From an uncultured Pseudomonadota bacterium (lineage in GTDB: Bacteria; Vulcanimicrobiota; Vulcanimicrobiia; Eremiobacterales; Eremiobacteraceae), in the NCBI GenBank assembly GCA_963736005.1, contig CAVTNB010000001.1, positions 704,001 to 768,000 on the forward strand: a stretch of DNA of 64,000 nt, in the 5' to 3' direction. The notes beneath the pieces are model-generated. The model was given only the letters and a program-made list of their open reading frames with translations. It made no database searches and had not been told where the DNA came from. Below are positions 9,484 through 18,596 of the stretch, piece by piece (position 1 is the first letter of the stretch; the number at the start of each line of letters is the position of its first letter). Made by a program: the position numbers and the translations under genes.

Positions 9484-11021
9484 CGCTCAAGGACCTGAAC
9501 CACAACGCTGCGTTCGCGTGGCGAGCACAACTCGATGAGAAAGATGCGCTGCCAGCGCCCGAGCTCCAGGCGGCCGTCGATCACGGGCACGATCTCGCTT
9601 GAGGAGAGAAGCAAATGACGGCAGTGCGCGTGACCGTTGATCGGTTCATCTGGCGGCGTGTTGCGCCGTCGTGTCAGGTCATCATGTTCGTAGAGGCCGT
9701 TACCCGCCGGCACGAGACGATCGAGCAAACGCCCGAAGTCACCGAGCAGCAGTTCCTCATTTTCGTTGACGCGAATCGCGGCGGTTGTGTGAGAGGAGTA
9801 GACATGAACCACGCCCTCACGCACGCCTGACGCGGCCAAGACTCCCGCTACGTCGTCCGTAATGTCGATAAAGGATCCCGCGCGTGCCGTCTTATATTGG
9901 AGGCGGCCGACGGTGGGAAGCGCGGTCTCGGGTTCCCCTTCGCGACGCAGCCAGGGGGTGCGCCGCAAGTCTGCAATCGTGCGTGTGCCGATGGCGAACA
10001 TGCAAACGCGGAGCACTTCAATGAGTTCGCTCGCGAGCTCGTGGACCGCCGCAGTGTTTTGAGCCGCAGCGCGCAAGAAGGGTCCCGCAATGCCCACGAG
10101 GTCAGCACCTAGCGCTATCGCTTTCGCCGCATCAATGCCGTTGCGGATGCCGCCGCTTGCGAAGATCAATCCGTCGGGCACCGCGCGGCGTGCTGCTCGC
10201 AGCGACGCAGCCGTGGGAATGCCCCAGCCGGCAAACATACCGGCGACGCGAGCCCGCAGTGGATCGCTAATGCGATGACGTTCGACCTCGCTCCACGACG
10301 TGCCACCGGCGCCGGCGACGTCGACGGCGCTGACGCCCGCATCGAACAGGGCGCGCACGATATCGGGCGCAAGTCCCCAGCCGACCTCTTTAACGATGAT
10401 CGGAACTTCGAGCACGCGACACACGTCGGCGATCTTGGAGAGCAAACCCGAGAAGCTTGCATCACCGCCGGGCTGGAGCGCTTCTTGCAGCGCGTTGAGG
10501 TGAAGGACGAGCGCATCCGCGCCAAGTTGCGACACAAGCCGCCGGCAATGGTCAGCATCGTAGCCACGGTTCAGCTGCACGGCCCCAAGGTTCGCGAAGA
10601 GCAAGATGTCTGGCGCAAGCGAACGGACAGCGAAAGAATTCAGCAACTCTGGGTGTTCGAGCAGCACGCGTCCGGAACCCAAACCCAACGCTAAGCCGAG
10701 CTCCTGCGCAACGCGCGCCAGATTACGATTGATGCGTCGCGCCTCATCGGTACCACCGGTCATGCACGAGATCAAAAGCGGCGCGGCAAGCTTGCGCCCA
10801 AAAATCTCGGTCGAAGTGTTGATCTCGGCTAAATCGACATCAGGCAGGGCACGGTGGATGAAGCGGTAGTCGTCAAAGCCGTTGCTGACGCCTTTGGCCG
10901 TGACATCCGCTTCCAGGTTGATGCGGATGTGGTCCGCTTTGCGCGATGGAATTCCATCCTCGCTGGCTTTGACCGTGTACAGTTGACGGTCGGTTTGTCT
11001 ATCGACGCCGACGTGCGACAT
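9480..11021 (-). CDS. fni: Type 2 isopentenyl-diphosphate isomerase fused to a C-terminal YjbQ (UPF0047) domain
   Basis: RKADHI, ISCMTGG, LGSGR, ANLGAVQL, HLNALQE, KEVGWG and GAGGTSW (IDI-2), then DITDDV, HTTAAIRVNEN, NGHAH and LGRWQRIFLIE (YjbQ). Confidence 0.9.
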   Translation of the reverse strand: MSHVGVDRQTDRQLYTVKASEDGIPSRKADHIRINLEADVTAKGVSNGFDDYRFIHRALPDVDLAEINTSTEIFGRKLAAPLLISCMTGGTDEARRINRNLARVAQELGLALGLGSGRVLLEHPELLNSFAVRSLAPDILLFANLGAVQLNRGYDADHCRRLVSQLGADALVLHLNALQEALQPGGDASFSGLLSKIADVCRVLEVPIIVKEVGWGLAPDIVRALFDAGVSAVDVAGAGGTSWSEVERHRISDPLRARVAGMFAGWGIPTAASLRAARRAVPDGLIFASGGIRNGIDAAKAIALGADLVGIAGPFLRAAAQNTAAVHELASELIEVLRVCMFAIGTRTIADLRRTPWLRREGEPETALPTVGRLQYKTARAGSFIDITDDVAGVLAASGVREGVVHVYSSHTTAAIRVNENEELLLGDFGRLLDRLVPAGNGLYEHDDLTRRRNTPPDEPINGHAHCRHLLLSSSEIVPVIDGRLELGRWQRIFLIELCSPRERSVVVQVLER

Positions 11022-12054
11022 AATGCGCTACCTCGAGGAACTGGTCAACGTGCTGGCGCGGAAGCCGACTCGCCTCAACAATGGCGGCTGCCCGGTCAGC
11101 AAAGTGCTGAGGAGCATTGCGGGTGAGTTCGGCTCCGCCGGCCGCTTCGAGCAACGAACGGATCTCAGGCAAATGCTCGCCCGACCCCCGCGATGCGGTG
11201 AAGAGTTCTCGCAAGCGCGCGCGCCCGTGCTCGCCCATCGCTGCATAGCCCGCCACAACCGGAAAGGTCAGCTTGCAGCGGCCGAGATCGCCGCTCGAAG
11301 ATTTCCCAGTAATCGCAGAATCGCCCCATGTGCCCAACCAATCATCACGGATTTGGAAGGCGATGCCAAGCAACGTGCCCGCGTAGCCCAGACGCTCGGA
11401 AAGGTGGTCATCAGCACCCGCCATGACCGCTCCCGCCTCCAGACTTGCGCCAATGAGGGCACCTGTCTTCGCTCGAACCATTCGCAAGTAGGCTCGCAAC
11501 GTTGTGTCGGGCTTCCCTTCAAACCGCAAGTCGAGCGATTGGCCCTCGACAACGACGAGAACAGCATCCGCGATCAGTCGCGTGGCTCGCAACTGCCGTT
11601 CGGGATGCGAGGCGTTTGTGGTCAGCGTTGCAAACGCTCTGGCGAATAAGGCGTCTCCCGCGTTGATGCCTTGGGCGAGTCCCCAGATCGCCCACACCGT
11701 TTCTCGGCCGCGCCGTTCGCGATCTCCATCCTGGATGTCATCGTGCACCAACGTGAAGTTATGCACCCATTCGAGCGCCGCAGCGGCGGGTAGGGCTGTT
11801 TCAGGTGAACCGCCACACGCTTGACATGCCCACAAGCACAAGGCGGGCCGTATGAGCTTACCAGGCGATGACTGCGTCGGTTGGCCATCACGGTCCGTCC
11901 AACCCATGTGATACGCGATCATTTTGGAGCTGAAGGAGGCGTTCGCCGGCGCTGTTTCGCGCAAGTTTGCGACGATTGCATCCTTGTGCAACGTCAGGAT
12001 TGGCGGAACGTCAACACCGCCAGCCGTCTCGCTTACCAGCGTCTCGTAGGCCAC
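10999..12054 (-). CDS. Short-chain polyprenyl diphosphate synthase (FPP/GGPP)
   Basis: GKLIRP, NFTLVHDDIQD (Phe at -5 from the FARM), RRG, GQSLD, KTGAL, FQIRDD. Confidence 0.92.
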   Translation of the reverse strand: MAYETLVSETAGGVDVPPILTLHKDAIVANLRETAPANASFSSKMIAYHMGWTDRDGQPTQSSPGKLIRPALCLWACQACGGSPETALPAAAALEWVHNFTLVHDDIQDGDRERRGRETVWAIWGLAQGINAGDALFARAFATLTTNASHPERQLRATRLIADAVLVVVEGQSLDLRFEGKPDTTLRAYLRMVRAKTGALIGASLEAGAVMAGADDHLSERLGYAGTLLGIAFQIRDDWLGTWGDSAITGKSSSGDLGRCKLTFPVVAGYAAMGEHGRARLRELFTASRGSGEHLPEIRSLLEAAGGAELTRNAPQHFADRAAAIVEASRLPRQHVDQFLEVAHYVARRRR

Positions 12055-12287
12055 ATGCAGATTCTCCGGGAGTCCGGCAATCGTGCGAACGGAGAATTTA
12101 CGTACGGAAGTATAAAGACAGATGACGCACGCCTTGCCGGATTTCGTTCCGCGAGCGTTTCGTTTCTTCTATCATACCCCCATCCCTGTGTCACATTCTT
12201 ATAGAAGAAAGAGCGACGATCGACTCGACGAAATAACAAGTCGACTCTTTCGTCCACCGCGCCTGTGTGCTCGTGCTTGTGAGGGGC

Positions 12288-13145
12288 CTACGCCCAAACT
12301 GTTTCCGCTTGCGGGAACCAATCCATCAGCTTGTCGATGACTTCGTCCGCGAGAAAGCCAGGCGTCGATGCGCCAGTGGCGATGCCGACTCGCTCTTCGC
12401 CATTGAACCACTCGCGTTTGAGATCATCGGGGTTCTCGATGAGATGCGCCTTTGCGCCCTCGGCCATGGAAATCTCGGCGAGGTGCCTCGTATTGGCGGA
12501 CTTGGTGCCGCCGATGACGATCATGGTATCGACTTCGCCCGCAAGCTCGCGTGCTGATTTCTGCCGTCCCTGCGTGTCCGAGCAAATGGTGTTGTAGACG
12601 CGCACCTCGTAGTTCATCCCTGCAATCTTGCCGACAAGCTCGCGGAACTTATCGCCGTTGAGCGTGCTCTGCGAAACGATCGCAAGGCGGCGCGCGCGCC
12701 GGATTTCAGTTTCGTCCTCGGGCCACTCGTTCATGATGATGGAGCCGGGGGCGTGCCCGGCTATCCCCTTGACTTCAGGATGATTGGGATCGCCCAAAAT
12801 GACAACTGTGCGACCCTCGTCCGTGAGCTTCTTTGCGAGCCGCTGGGTGCGAGTGACCATTGGGCACGTCGCGTCAACCACGCGGAGCCCCTTAGCTTCC
12901 GCCGCTTCAATGGTCTGGGGCGGCAAACCGTGCGCGCGGACAAAAAGGGTGCCGGTCGAGATGTCGTCGAGGGATTCGACGTTACGCAAACCTTTTTCGT
13001 CGAGCTCCTTCACGATGAGCGGGTTATGCACGATGTTTCCCATCGTGTGGACATCGTCGCGTTCCGAGGTTTCGGAAAGCGCCTTCTTATACGTCAGCTC
13101 AACGCCGAAGCAGAACCCCTGAGTCCGAGCTTTTTGAATCTGCAT
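12288..13145 (-). CDS. ispH: 4-hydroxy-3-methylbut-2-enyl diphosphate reductase
   Basis: GFCFGV, HN, RAHG, DATCP, HPEV, NTICSDTQGRQ, SANT, GASTP. Confidence 0.97.
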   Translation of the reverse strand: MQIQKARTQGFCFGVELTYKKALSETSERDDVHTMGNIVHNPLIVKELDEKGLRNVESLDDISTGTLFVRAHGLPPQTIEAAEAKGLRVVDATCPMVTRTQRLAKKLTDEGRTVVILGDPNHPEVKGIAGHAPGSIIMNEWPEDETEIRRARRLAIVSQSTLNGDKFRELVGKIAGMNYEVRVYNTICSDTQGRQKSARELAGEVDTMIVIGGTKSANTRHLAEISMAEGAKAHLIENPDDLKREWFNGEERVGIATGASTPGFLADEVIDKLMDWFPQAETVWA

Positions 13146-13737
13146 TCTTCCCCATTAATTCGGCAATGCGCGCCGCAAGCAACTCAGTCCAACCTGTCAA
13201 TTCGTTTTTCGTTGGCTTTCGTTCGCTTCCCTGGAACCGTAGTGGCGCACCGATGCACACTCGGACATGGCTTGCGCGAAGCCGCCGGGCTGCGACATTT
13301 GTGCCAAGCAGGGCGACCGGCACGAGCGGACACTTTGCGGTGGCGGCAAGGAGCACGGCGCCGTTGCGCGCCTGCACATCCCCTTGCGTATTGCGCCGTC
13401 CTTCGGGAAAGATGCCGACGACTTCACCACTCTTGAGAAGGCGCAACGCTCGGCGAATCGCACCGACGTCGCCACTTTCCCGTTCGACGGGGAACGCGTG
13501 CACTCGGGTGAGGATCGAACCAAACAAAGGATTCGTAAAGAGTTCTCGCTTGGCCATGAAATGTATGGTGCGCGGAAACCACGTCCCCAAGAGAGGCGGG
13601 TCCCAATACGAGAGGTGATTCGAAGCCACAACGAGCGGCCCATCGGTGGGTACGTTTTCGACACCGCTGACGCGAGCATCGAATGCGAGCCTCGTGGCTG
13701 GGCGCAACACGACCTTGACAAAGTTGTATAGGGTCAT
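13099..13737 (-). CDS. plsC: 1-acyl-sn-glycerol-3-phosphate acyltransferase
   Basis: NHLSYWD, FMAKREL and FPEGRR motifs; cmk-plsC-ispH synteny. Confidence 0.92.
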   Translation of the reverse strand: MTLYNFVKVVLRPATRLAFDARVSGVENVPTDGPLVVASNHLSYWDPPLLGTWFPRTIHFMAKRELFTNPLFGSILTRVHAFPVERESGDVGAIRRALRLLKSGEVVGIFPEGRRNTQGDVQARNGAVLLAATAKCPLVPVALLGTNVAARRLRASHVRVCIGAPLRFQGSERKPTKNELTGWTELLAARIAELMGKNADSKSSDSGVLLRR

Positions 13738-14411
13738 GCCGGTCCGCTTTTCACCGTGCGCTCGAGTGCGTCAGCAACTTCTTCGACGGTCAAATCTGAT
13801 GTGTCGATTTCAATTGCATCAGGCGCTCTCATCAAAGGCGATACTTTGCGACTGGTATCGCGCTTGTCGCGCAGGATGATCTCGCGGCGCAATTCGTCAC
13901 GATTCATCATAATGCCGGCTTCGTGCAGTTCGCGCAAGCGACGATCAACTCGCGCGTCCACTGAAGCTGTGAGAAAAAATTTGAAGCGCGCATCGGGGAG
14001 CACGACCGTTCCGATGTCACGGCCGGCCATGACCACAGCACGCTTATCGGCAAACGCGCGCTGCGCACCGATGAGCCGCTGCCGCACCGCGGCCATGGCG
14101 GCGATAGGCGAGACAGCCTGCGAAACTTCAGGCGAAAAGAGCTCTTGCCCAAGCAGTTTGCCATCAATGCGGATGCGGTAGCTCAGCGGATCGCGTTGAT
14201 CCAGCATGACTTCGGGTGTGGCGCGCGCCACCAGTTCATCAACTCGAACTGCGTCGTCGGGCGCAATGCCTGCCTTGAGAGCAACGTAGGCGACTGCGCG
14301 GTAAAGCGCACCCGTGTCCAAGAATGCATAGCCAAGCCTTTCGGCAAGTCTTCTTGCGACGGTGCTTTTTCCCGACGCAACCGGTCCATCGATGGCGATC
14401 TGAACCTGCAT
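13734..14411 (-). CDS. cmk: Cytidylate kinase
   Basis: IAIDGPVASGKST, DTGALYR, GRDIGTVV, RDKRD. Confidence 0.97.
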   Translation of the reverse strand: MQVQIAIDGPVASGKSTVARRLAERLGYAFLDTGALYRAVAYVALKAGIAPDDAVRVDELVARATPEVMLDQRDPLSYRIRIDGKLLGQELFSPEVSQAVSPIAAMAAVRQRLIGAQRAFADKRAVVMAGRDIGTVVLPDARFKFFLTASVDARVDRRLRELHEAGIMMNRDELRREIILRDKRDTSRKVSPLMRAPDAIEIDTSDLTVEEVADALERTVKSGPA

Positions 14412-14435
14412 CCCCAGCCCATCTTCACACTGGTA

Positions 14436-14460
14436 TAGCGGGCGACTGTCAAGTCGCCCA
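14436..14460 (+). repeat. REP-like palindrome, family A
   Basis: TAGC-GGGCGACTGTCAAGTCGCCC, in the divergent cmk/hutH intergenic region. Confidence 0.9.
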
Positions 14461-14553
14461 CGGACAACGCCGCTTGGCCGCTGGATTCGGTTCTGGAAAG
14501 CCGTGACCTTGGACAGCCGGAAGCGGCCCAGGCCGGCCCGAACAAGCGTCGTG

Positions 14554-16086
14554 ATGCAGACAGCGCCTATCGTTCACATCGATGGTACAAATCTCACATT
14601 AGATCTCGTCAACCGCATCGCAACCGACCGAGTTGGCGTTGCGCTCGACGCGCGCGCCTTGCCACGCATCGCCGCCGCTCGTGAAGTTGTCGAGCGCGCG
14701 GTTGCCTCCAACGGACGAATCTACGGCGTCACGACCGGTTTCGGTAGACTCAAGAACGTCAGGATCGATCCAACCGAGGCTACCGAACTCCAGCGAAATT
14801 TGATCTTGAGCCACGCATGCGGGGTAGGCGAGCCGCTGCCGTGGGCTGCCGCTCGCGCAAGCATGCTCTTACGCGCTCATTCACTCGCGCGTGGGTATTG
14901 CGGCGTTCGCGTCGAGGTGATCGCGCTGCTCATCGAGCTGCTCAACCGCAATGTGACTCCGGTGATTCCGTCGCAGGGGTCGGTCGGCTGTTCGGGCGAT
15001 CTCGCGCCGCTCGCCCATATGGCGCTGGTTCTTATTGGCGAGGGTGAAGCGTGGGTAGGAAACGAGCGCGTCAACGGCAAGACGGCGCTCGAGCGCGCGG
15101 GTCTGTTGCCGCTCACTCTTTCATTTAAAGAGGGGCTCTCGCTCATCAATGGCACGCAAATCATGACCGGCATCGGCGCACTCGCGCTCGTGCGTGCCGA
15201 CAATGCGCTCCGGGCCGCTGACATCACCGGCGCCATGAGCCTTGAAGCCTATTTCGGAACCGATAGCGCCTTTGCAGAGCGCATTAACGCGTTGCGCCCG
15301 CATCACGGGCAAGCCCATACCGCCGCCAACATCCGCCGGTTGCTGCAAGGTTCCGGCGTTCTTGCTTCGCATCGCGATTGCGACCGCGTCCAAGATCCGT
15401 ACTCGTTCCGCTGCATGCCGGTCGTGCATGGCGCCGCCCGTGATACGCTGCGCTTCGCGCACAACACGCTCGATATCGAGATCAACTCCGTCACCGACAA
15501 CCCGATTATTTTCGCCGACGACAGCTCGCTCGTGAGCAACGGAAATTTCCATGGTGGGCCAGTCGGTCTCGCGCTCGACTATGCGAAGATCGCGCTCACG
15601 GATGCGTCCTCCATCGCCGAGCGGCGCATCGACAAACTGCTTTTTGGCGCGGAAGGACTGCCTCCGTTTCTGACCGAGCGATTTGGGTTGTGCAGCGGCT
15701 ATATGCTGGCCCAGTACACAGCCGCGGCGTTGGTGAGCGAAAATAAGACGCTGTCTACACCCGCTTCGGTGGACTCCATCCCGACGTCAGCTGGGCAAGA
15801 GGATCACAACAGCATGGGGACGATTGCGGCACGTCAGTGCGCCTCCGTTGTGGCAAACTACGAGACGGTTGTGGCGATCGAGCTGCTCGTTGCTGCTCAA
15901 GCCCTTGATTTCCGCAAACCGCACGCATTTGGTCGCGGCACCGGACGTGCGCAGCGCTTGATCCGGGAGCACGTGACGCACTTGGGCGCAGATCGCAATC
16001 TCAGCCAAGACGTCGAGGCGGCTCTCGATCTCGTGCGCAGTGGCAAGCTTGTTACAGCGGTGGAAAGTGAGATAGGAGCGCTCTGA
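14554..16086 (+). CDS. hutH: Histidine ammonia-lyase
   Basis: [16 protein letters not shown] (His-specific SH), [42 protein letters not shown]. Confidence 0.96.
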   Translation: MQTAPIVHIDGTNLTLDLVNRIATDRVGVALDARALPRIAAAREVVERAVASNGRIYGVTTGFGRLKNVRIDPTEATELQRNLILSHACGVGEPLPWAAARASMLLRAHSLARGYCGVRVEVIALLIELLNRNVTPVIPSQGSVGCSGDLAPLAHMALVLIGEGEAWVGNERVNGKTALERAGLLPLTLSFKEGLSLINGTQIMTGIGALALVRADNALRAADITGAMSLEAYFGTDSAFAERINALRPHHGQAHTAANIRRLLQGSGVLASHRDCDRVQDPYSFRCMPVVHGAARDTLRFAHNTLDIEINSVTDNPIIFADDSSLVSNGNFHGGPVGLALDYAKIALTDASSIAERRIDKLLFGAEGLPPFLTERFGLCSGYMLAQYTAAALVSENKTLSTPASVDSIPTSAGQEDHNSMGTIAARQCASVVANYETVVAIELLVAAQALDFRKPHAFGRGTGRAQRLIREHVTHLGADRNLSQDVEAALDLVRSGKLVTAVESEIGAL

Positions 16087-16090
16087 AGAC

Positions 16091-17752
16091 ATGAGCACTG
16101 TGTCAGCACCGCGCGTCGTGCGCGCACCGCGAGGACCTGTGCGCACGTGTCTTGGCTGGGGACAAGAAGCAGCCATGCGGATGCTCATGAACAATTTAGA
16201 TCCCGAGGTTGCGGAGCGGCCACAGGATCTGGTCGTGTACGGGGGCAGCGGTCGCGCGGCCCGCTCGTGGGAAGCATACGATGCTATCGTGCGCACGCTG
16301 CAGCGATTGCGCAATGACGAAACACTCCTCGTCCAGTCGGGCAAACCCGTCGCCGTTTTCCAAACGCACGAGGCGGCGCCTCGAGTGCTGCTTGCCAACT
16401 CCTTGCTTGTGCCCGCGTGGGCAAACTGGAAGACGTTTCGCGAGCTTGAGGCCGCAGGGTCTAACGATGTACGGGCAAATGACTGCGGGCTCATGGATCT
16501 ACATCGGCACCCAGGGCATACTTCAAGGAACGTACGAGACGTTTGCGGCGCTGGCACGCCAGCATTTCGGCGGAACGCTTCGAGGCACGATCATGCTCAC
16601 CGCTGGCCTCGGCGGCATGGGCGGGGCGCAACCGCTCGCCATTACAATGAATGGCGGCGTCGCGATCGTCGTCGAAGTCGATCCTGAGAGAATCCGCCGG
16701 CGCATCGAAGGGCGCTATTGCGACGAGTCGGCGGCAACGATCGACGAGGCGCTCGCCAAAGCGCAAGCCGCAGCAAAAGCAGGCAAGGCGCTATCAATTG
16801 GTCTGATCGGCAATGCCGCGGAAGTTTTTCCCGAGCTGTTGCCACGGAACGCCCCGATCGACATCGTGACGGATCAAACATCCGCTCACGATATGCTCAA
16901 CGGGTACGTGCCCGCTGGCGTATCCTTGGAAGGAGCGAGCCGAGCTTCGCGAGCAGGATCCGGAGCGATATGAGAAGCGAGCGTTCGAATCAATCGCAGC
17001 GCACGTCAACGCGATGACCGGCTTCATGCACGCCGGCGCCGTCGTGTTCGACTACGGCAACAACATCCGCGCGCAAGCACGCTTGCGGGCGTGGAGGACG
17101 CTTTCGCGTTCCCTGGCTTCACGCCGGCGTTCATCCGGCCACTCTTCTGCGAAGGGCAAGGGCCCGTTTCGCTGGGCGGCACTGTCCGGCGATCCCGCCG
17201 ACATCGCGGCGCTCGACGATGCACTGCTTGAGACGTTTCCGGACGACGAGTCACTTGCGGCGCTGGATCGCGCTGGCGCGCGAGCGCGTGAAGTTCCAGG
17301 GATTGCCGGCGCGCATCTGCTGGCTCGGCTACGGCGAGCGGCGCACGTTCGGGCTGCGCATCAACGAGATGGTGCGCTCCGGCGCGCTGGAAGCGCCGAT
17401 CGTCATCGGGCGCGATCACTTGACGCGGGCTCGGTCGCGTCGCCGTATCGGGAGACCGAAGCATGAAAGACGGATCCGATGCGATCGCGGACTGGCCGAT
17501 CCTCAACGCGCTGATCAACGCCGTTGGCGGAGCCCACTGGGTCAGCGTGCACCACGGTGGCGGCGTCGGCATCGGATACTCAATCCACGCCGGGCATGGT
17601 TGTCGTTGCAGACGGCTCCGAGGACGCAGCGGGAAGGTTGAACCGCGTGCTGACCACGCGATCCGGGCATAGGCATCGTCCGTCACGCAGATGCGGGATA
17701 TGCAGAGGCAAGGGCCGCCGCCGATCGCCACGGCATCGACTGGAAACTGTGA
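16091..17752 (+). pseudogene. hutU: Urocanate hydratase with multiple frameshifts (probably assembly error rather than a true pseudogene)
   Basis: Pieces in several frames: [81 protein letters not shown]. First slip is GCAGGGTCTA near 16455. Confidence 0.9.
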
Positions 17753-17764
17753 AATTGACGCGAT

Positions 17765-17789
17765 GTAGTCGCGCGAATTTATTCGCGCG
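17765..17789 (+). repeat. REP-like palindrome, family B
   Basis: GTAG-T-CGCGCGAATTTATTCGCGCG just after the hutU stop. Confidence 0.9.
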
Positions 17790-17815
17790 TCTGCGTAACT
17801 CACGGAGTTAGTGAC

Positions 17816-18553
17816 ATGGCAATCAAAGCACCCATTTTCTCGATTCAAAAAAGCAACGAGCGCTTCTGCGCTGACCATGGCTGGCTCAAGACGTGCTTCT
17901 CGTTCAGCTTTGCGGAGTACCAAGACCCTAACAATACCAATTGGGGCGCTTTGCGCGTTTTGAACGACGATCGCATTGCACCGAGCGAGGGGTTCCCGCC
18001 GCATCCGCATCGCGATATGGAAATCATCACCTACGTGCTTTCCGGAGAGCTCGAGCATAAGGACAGCATGGGCAATCACGGCGTCGTCGGTCCGGGCGGC
18101 GTCCAGTACATGAGCGCTGGCACGGGGGTGAGGCATTCCGAATTCAATCACTCGGCCACGGACGAGCTGCATATGGTGCAGATGTGGGTCGTCCCTCCGA
18201 CCGGATCCCAAGGTCCGTCGGCACAAGCGCCCCGCTACGGCCAACGGGAATTCACGACCAAAGACCGGCTCAACCAATGGCTCCTCGTCGCAAGCGGCAA
18301 GCCTGGCGTGGCTGCACCGGTCGCGCTCAGTCAAAACGCAGCCTTCCTTGTCTTGAGACTGGAAAGCGACTCGCTGACCTATGCCCTCGACCCGGCGCGA
18401 TTGGGCTTTCTCTTCCTCGCCGAAGGAGAGGTCACGGCCAATGGCCAGACGCTGAGAACGGGCGACGCGGTAAGGATGGCCGGCGTTTCCGAGCTGGAGA
18501 TTGGCGGCACAGGTGAGGTCCTGCTGTGGGACGTGCCCGATTTCCCGACGTGA
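17816..18553 (+). CDS. Pirin family protein (YhhW-like)
   Basis: HGWL, FSFAEY, LRVLNDD, HPHRDMEIITY, HKDSMGN, MSAGTGVRHSE. Confidence 0.95.
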   Translation: MAIKAPIFSIQKSNERFCADHGWLKTCFSFSFAEYQDPNNTNWGALRVLNDDRIAPSEGFPPHPHRDMEIITYVLSGELEHKDSMGNHGVVGPGGVQYMSAGTGVRHSEFNHSATDELHMVQMWVVPPTGSQGPSAQAPRYGQREFTTKDRLNQWLLVASGKPGVAAPVALSQNAAFLVLRLESDSLTYALDPARLGFLFLAEGEVTANGQTLRTGDAVRMAGVSELEIGGTGEVLLWDVPDFPT

Positions 18554-18596
18554 TGGCCAGTTGACGATGCCTCAAACCGCCGATACTTGTAATGAG

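Noticed and set aside
16091..17752. Programmed frameshifting or genuine decay of hutU (and likewise clpC)
   Set aside because: Too many slips, no slippery heptamers noticed, and residues remain conserved; an assembly artefact is more parsimonious
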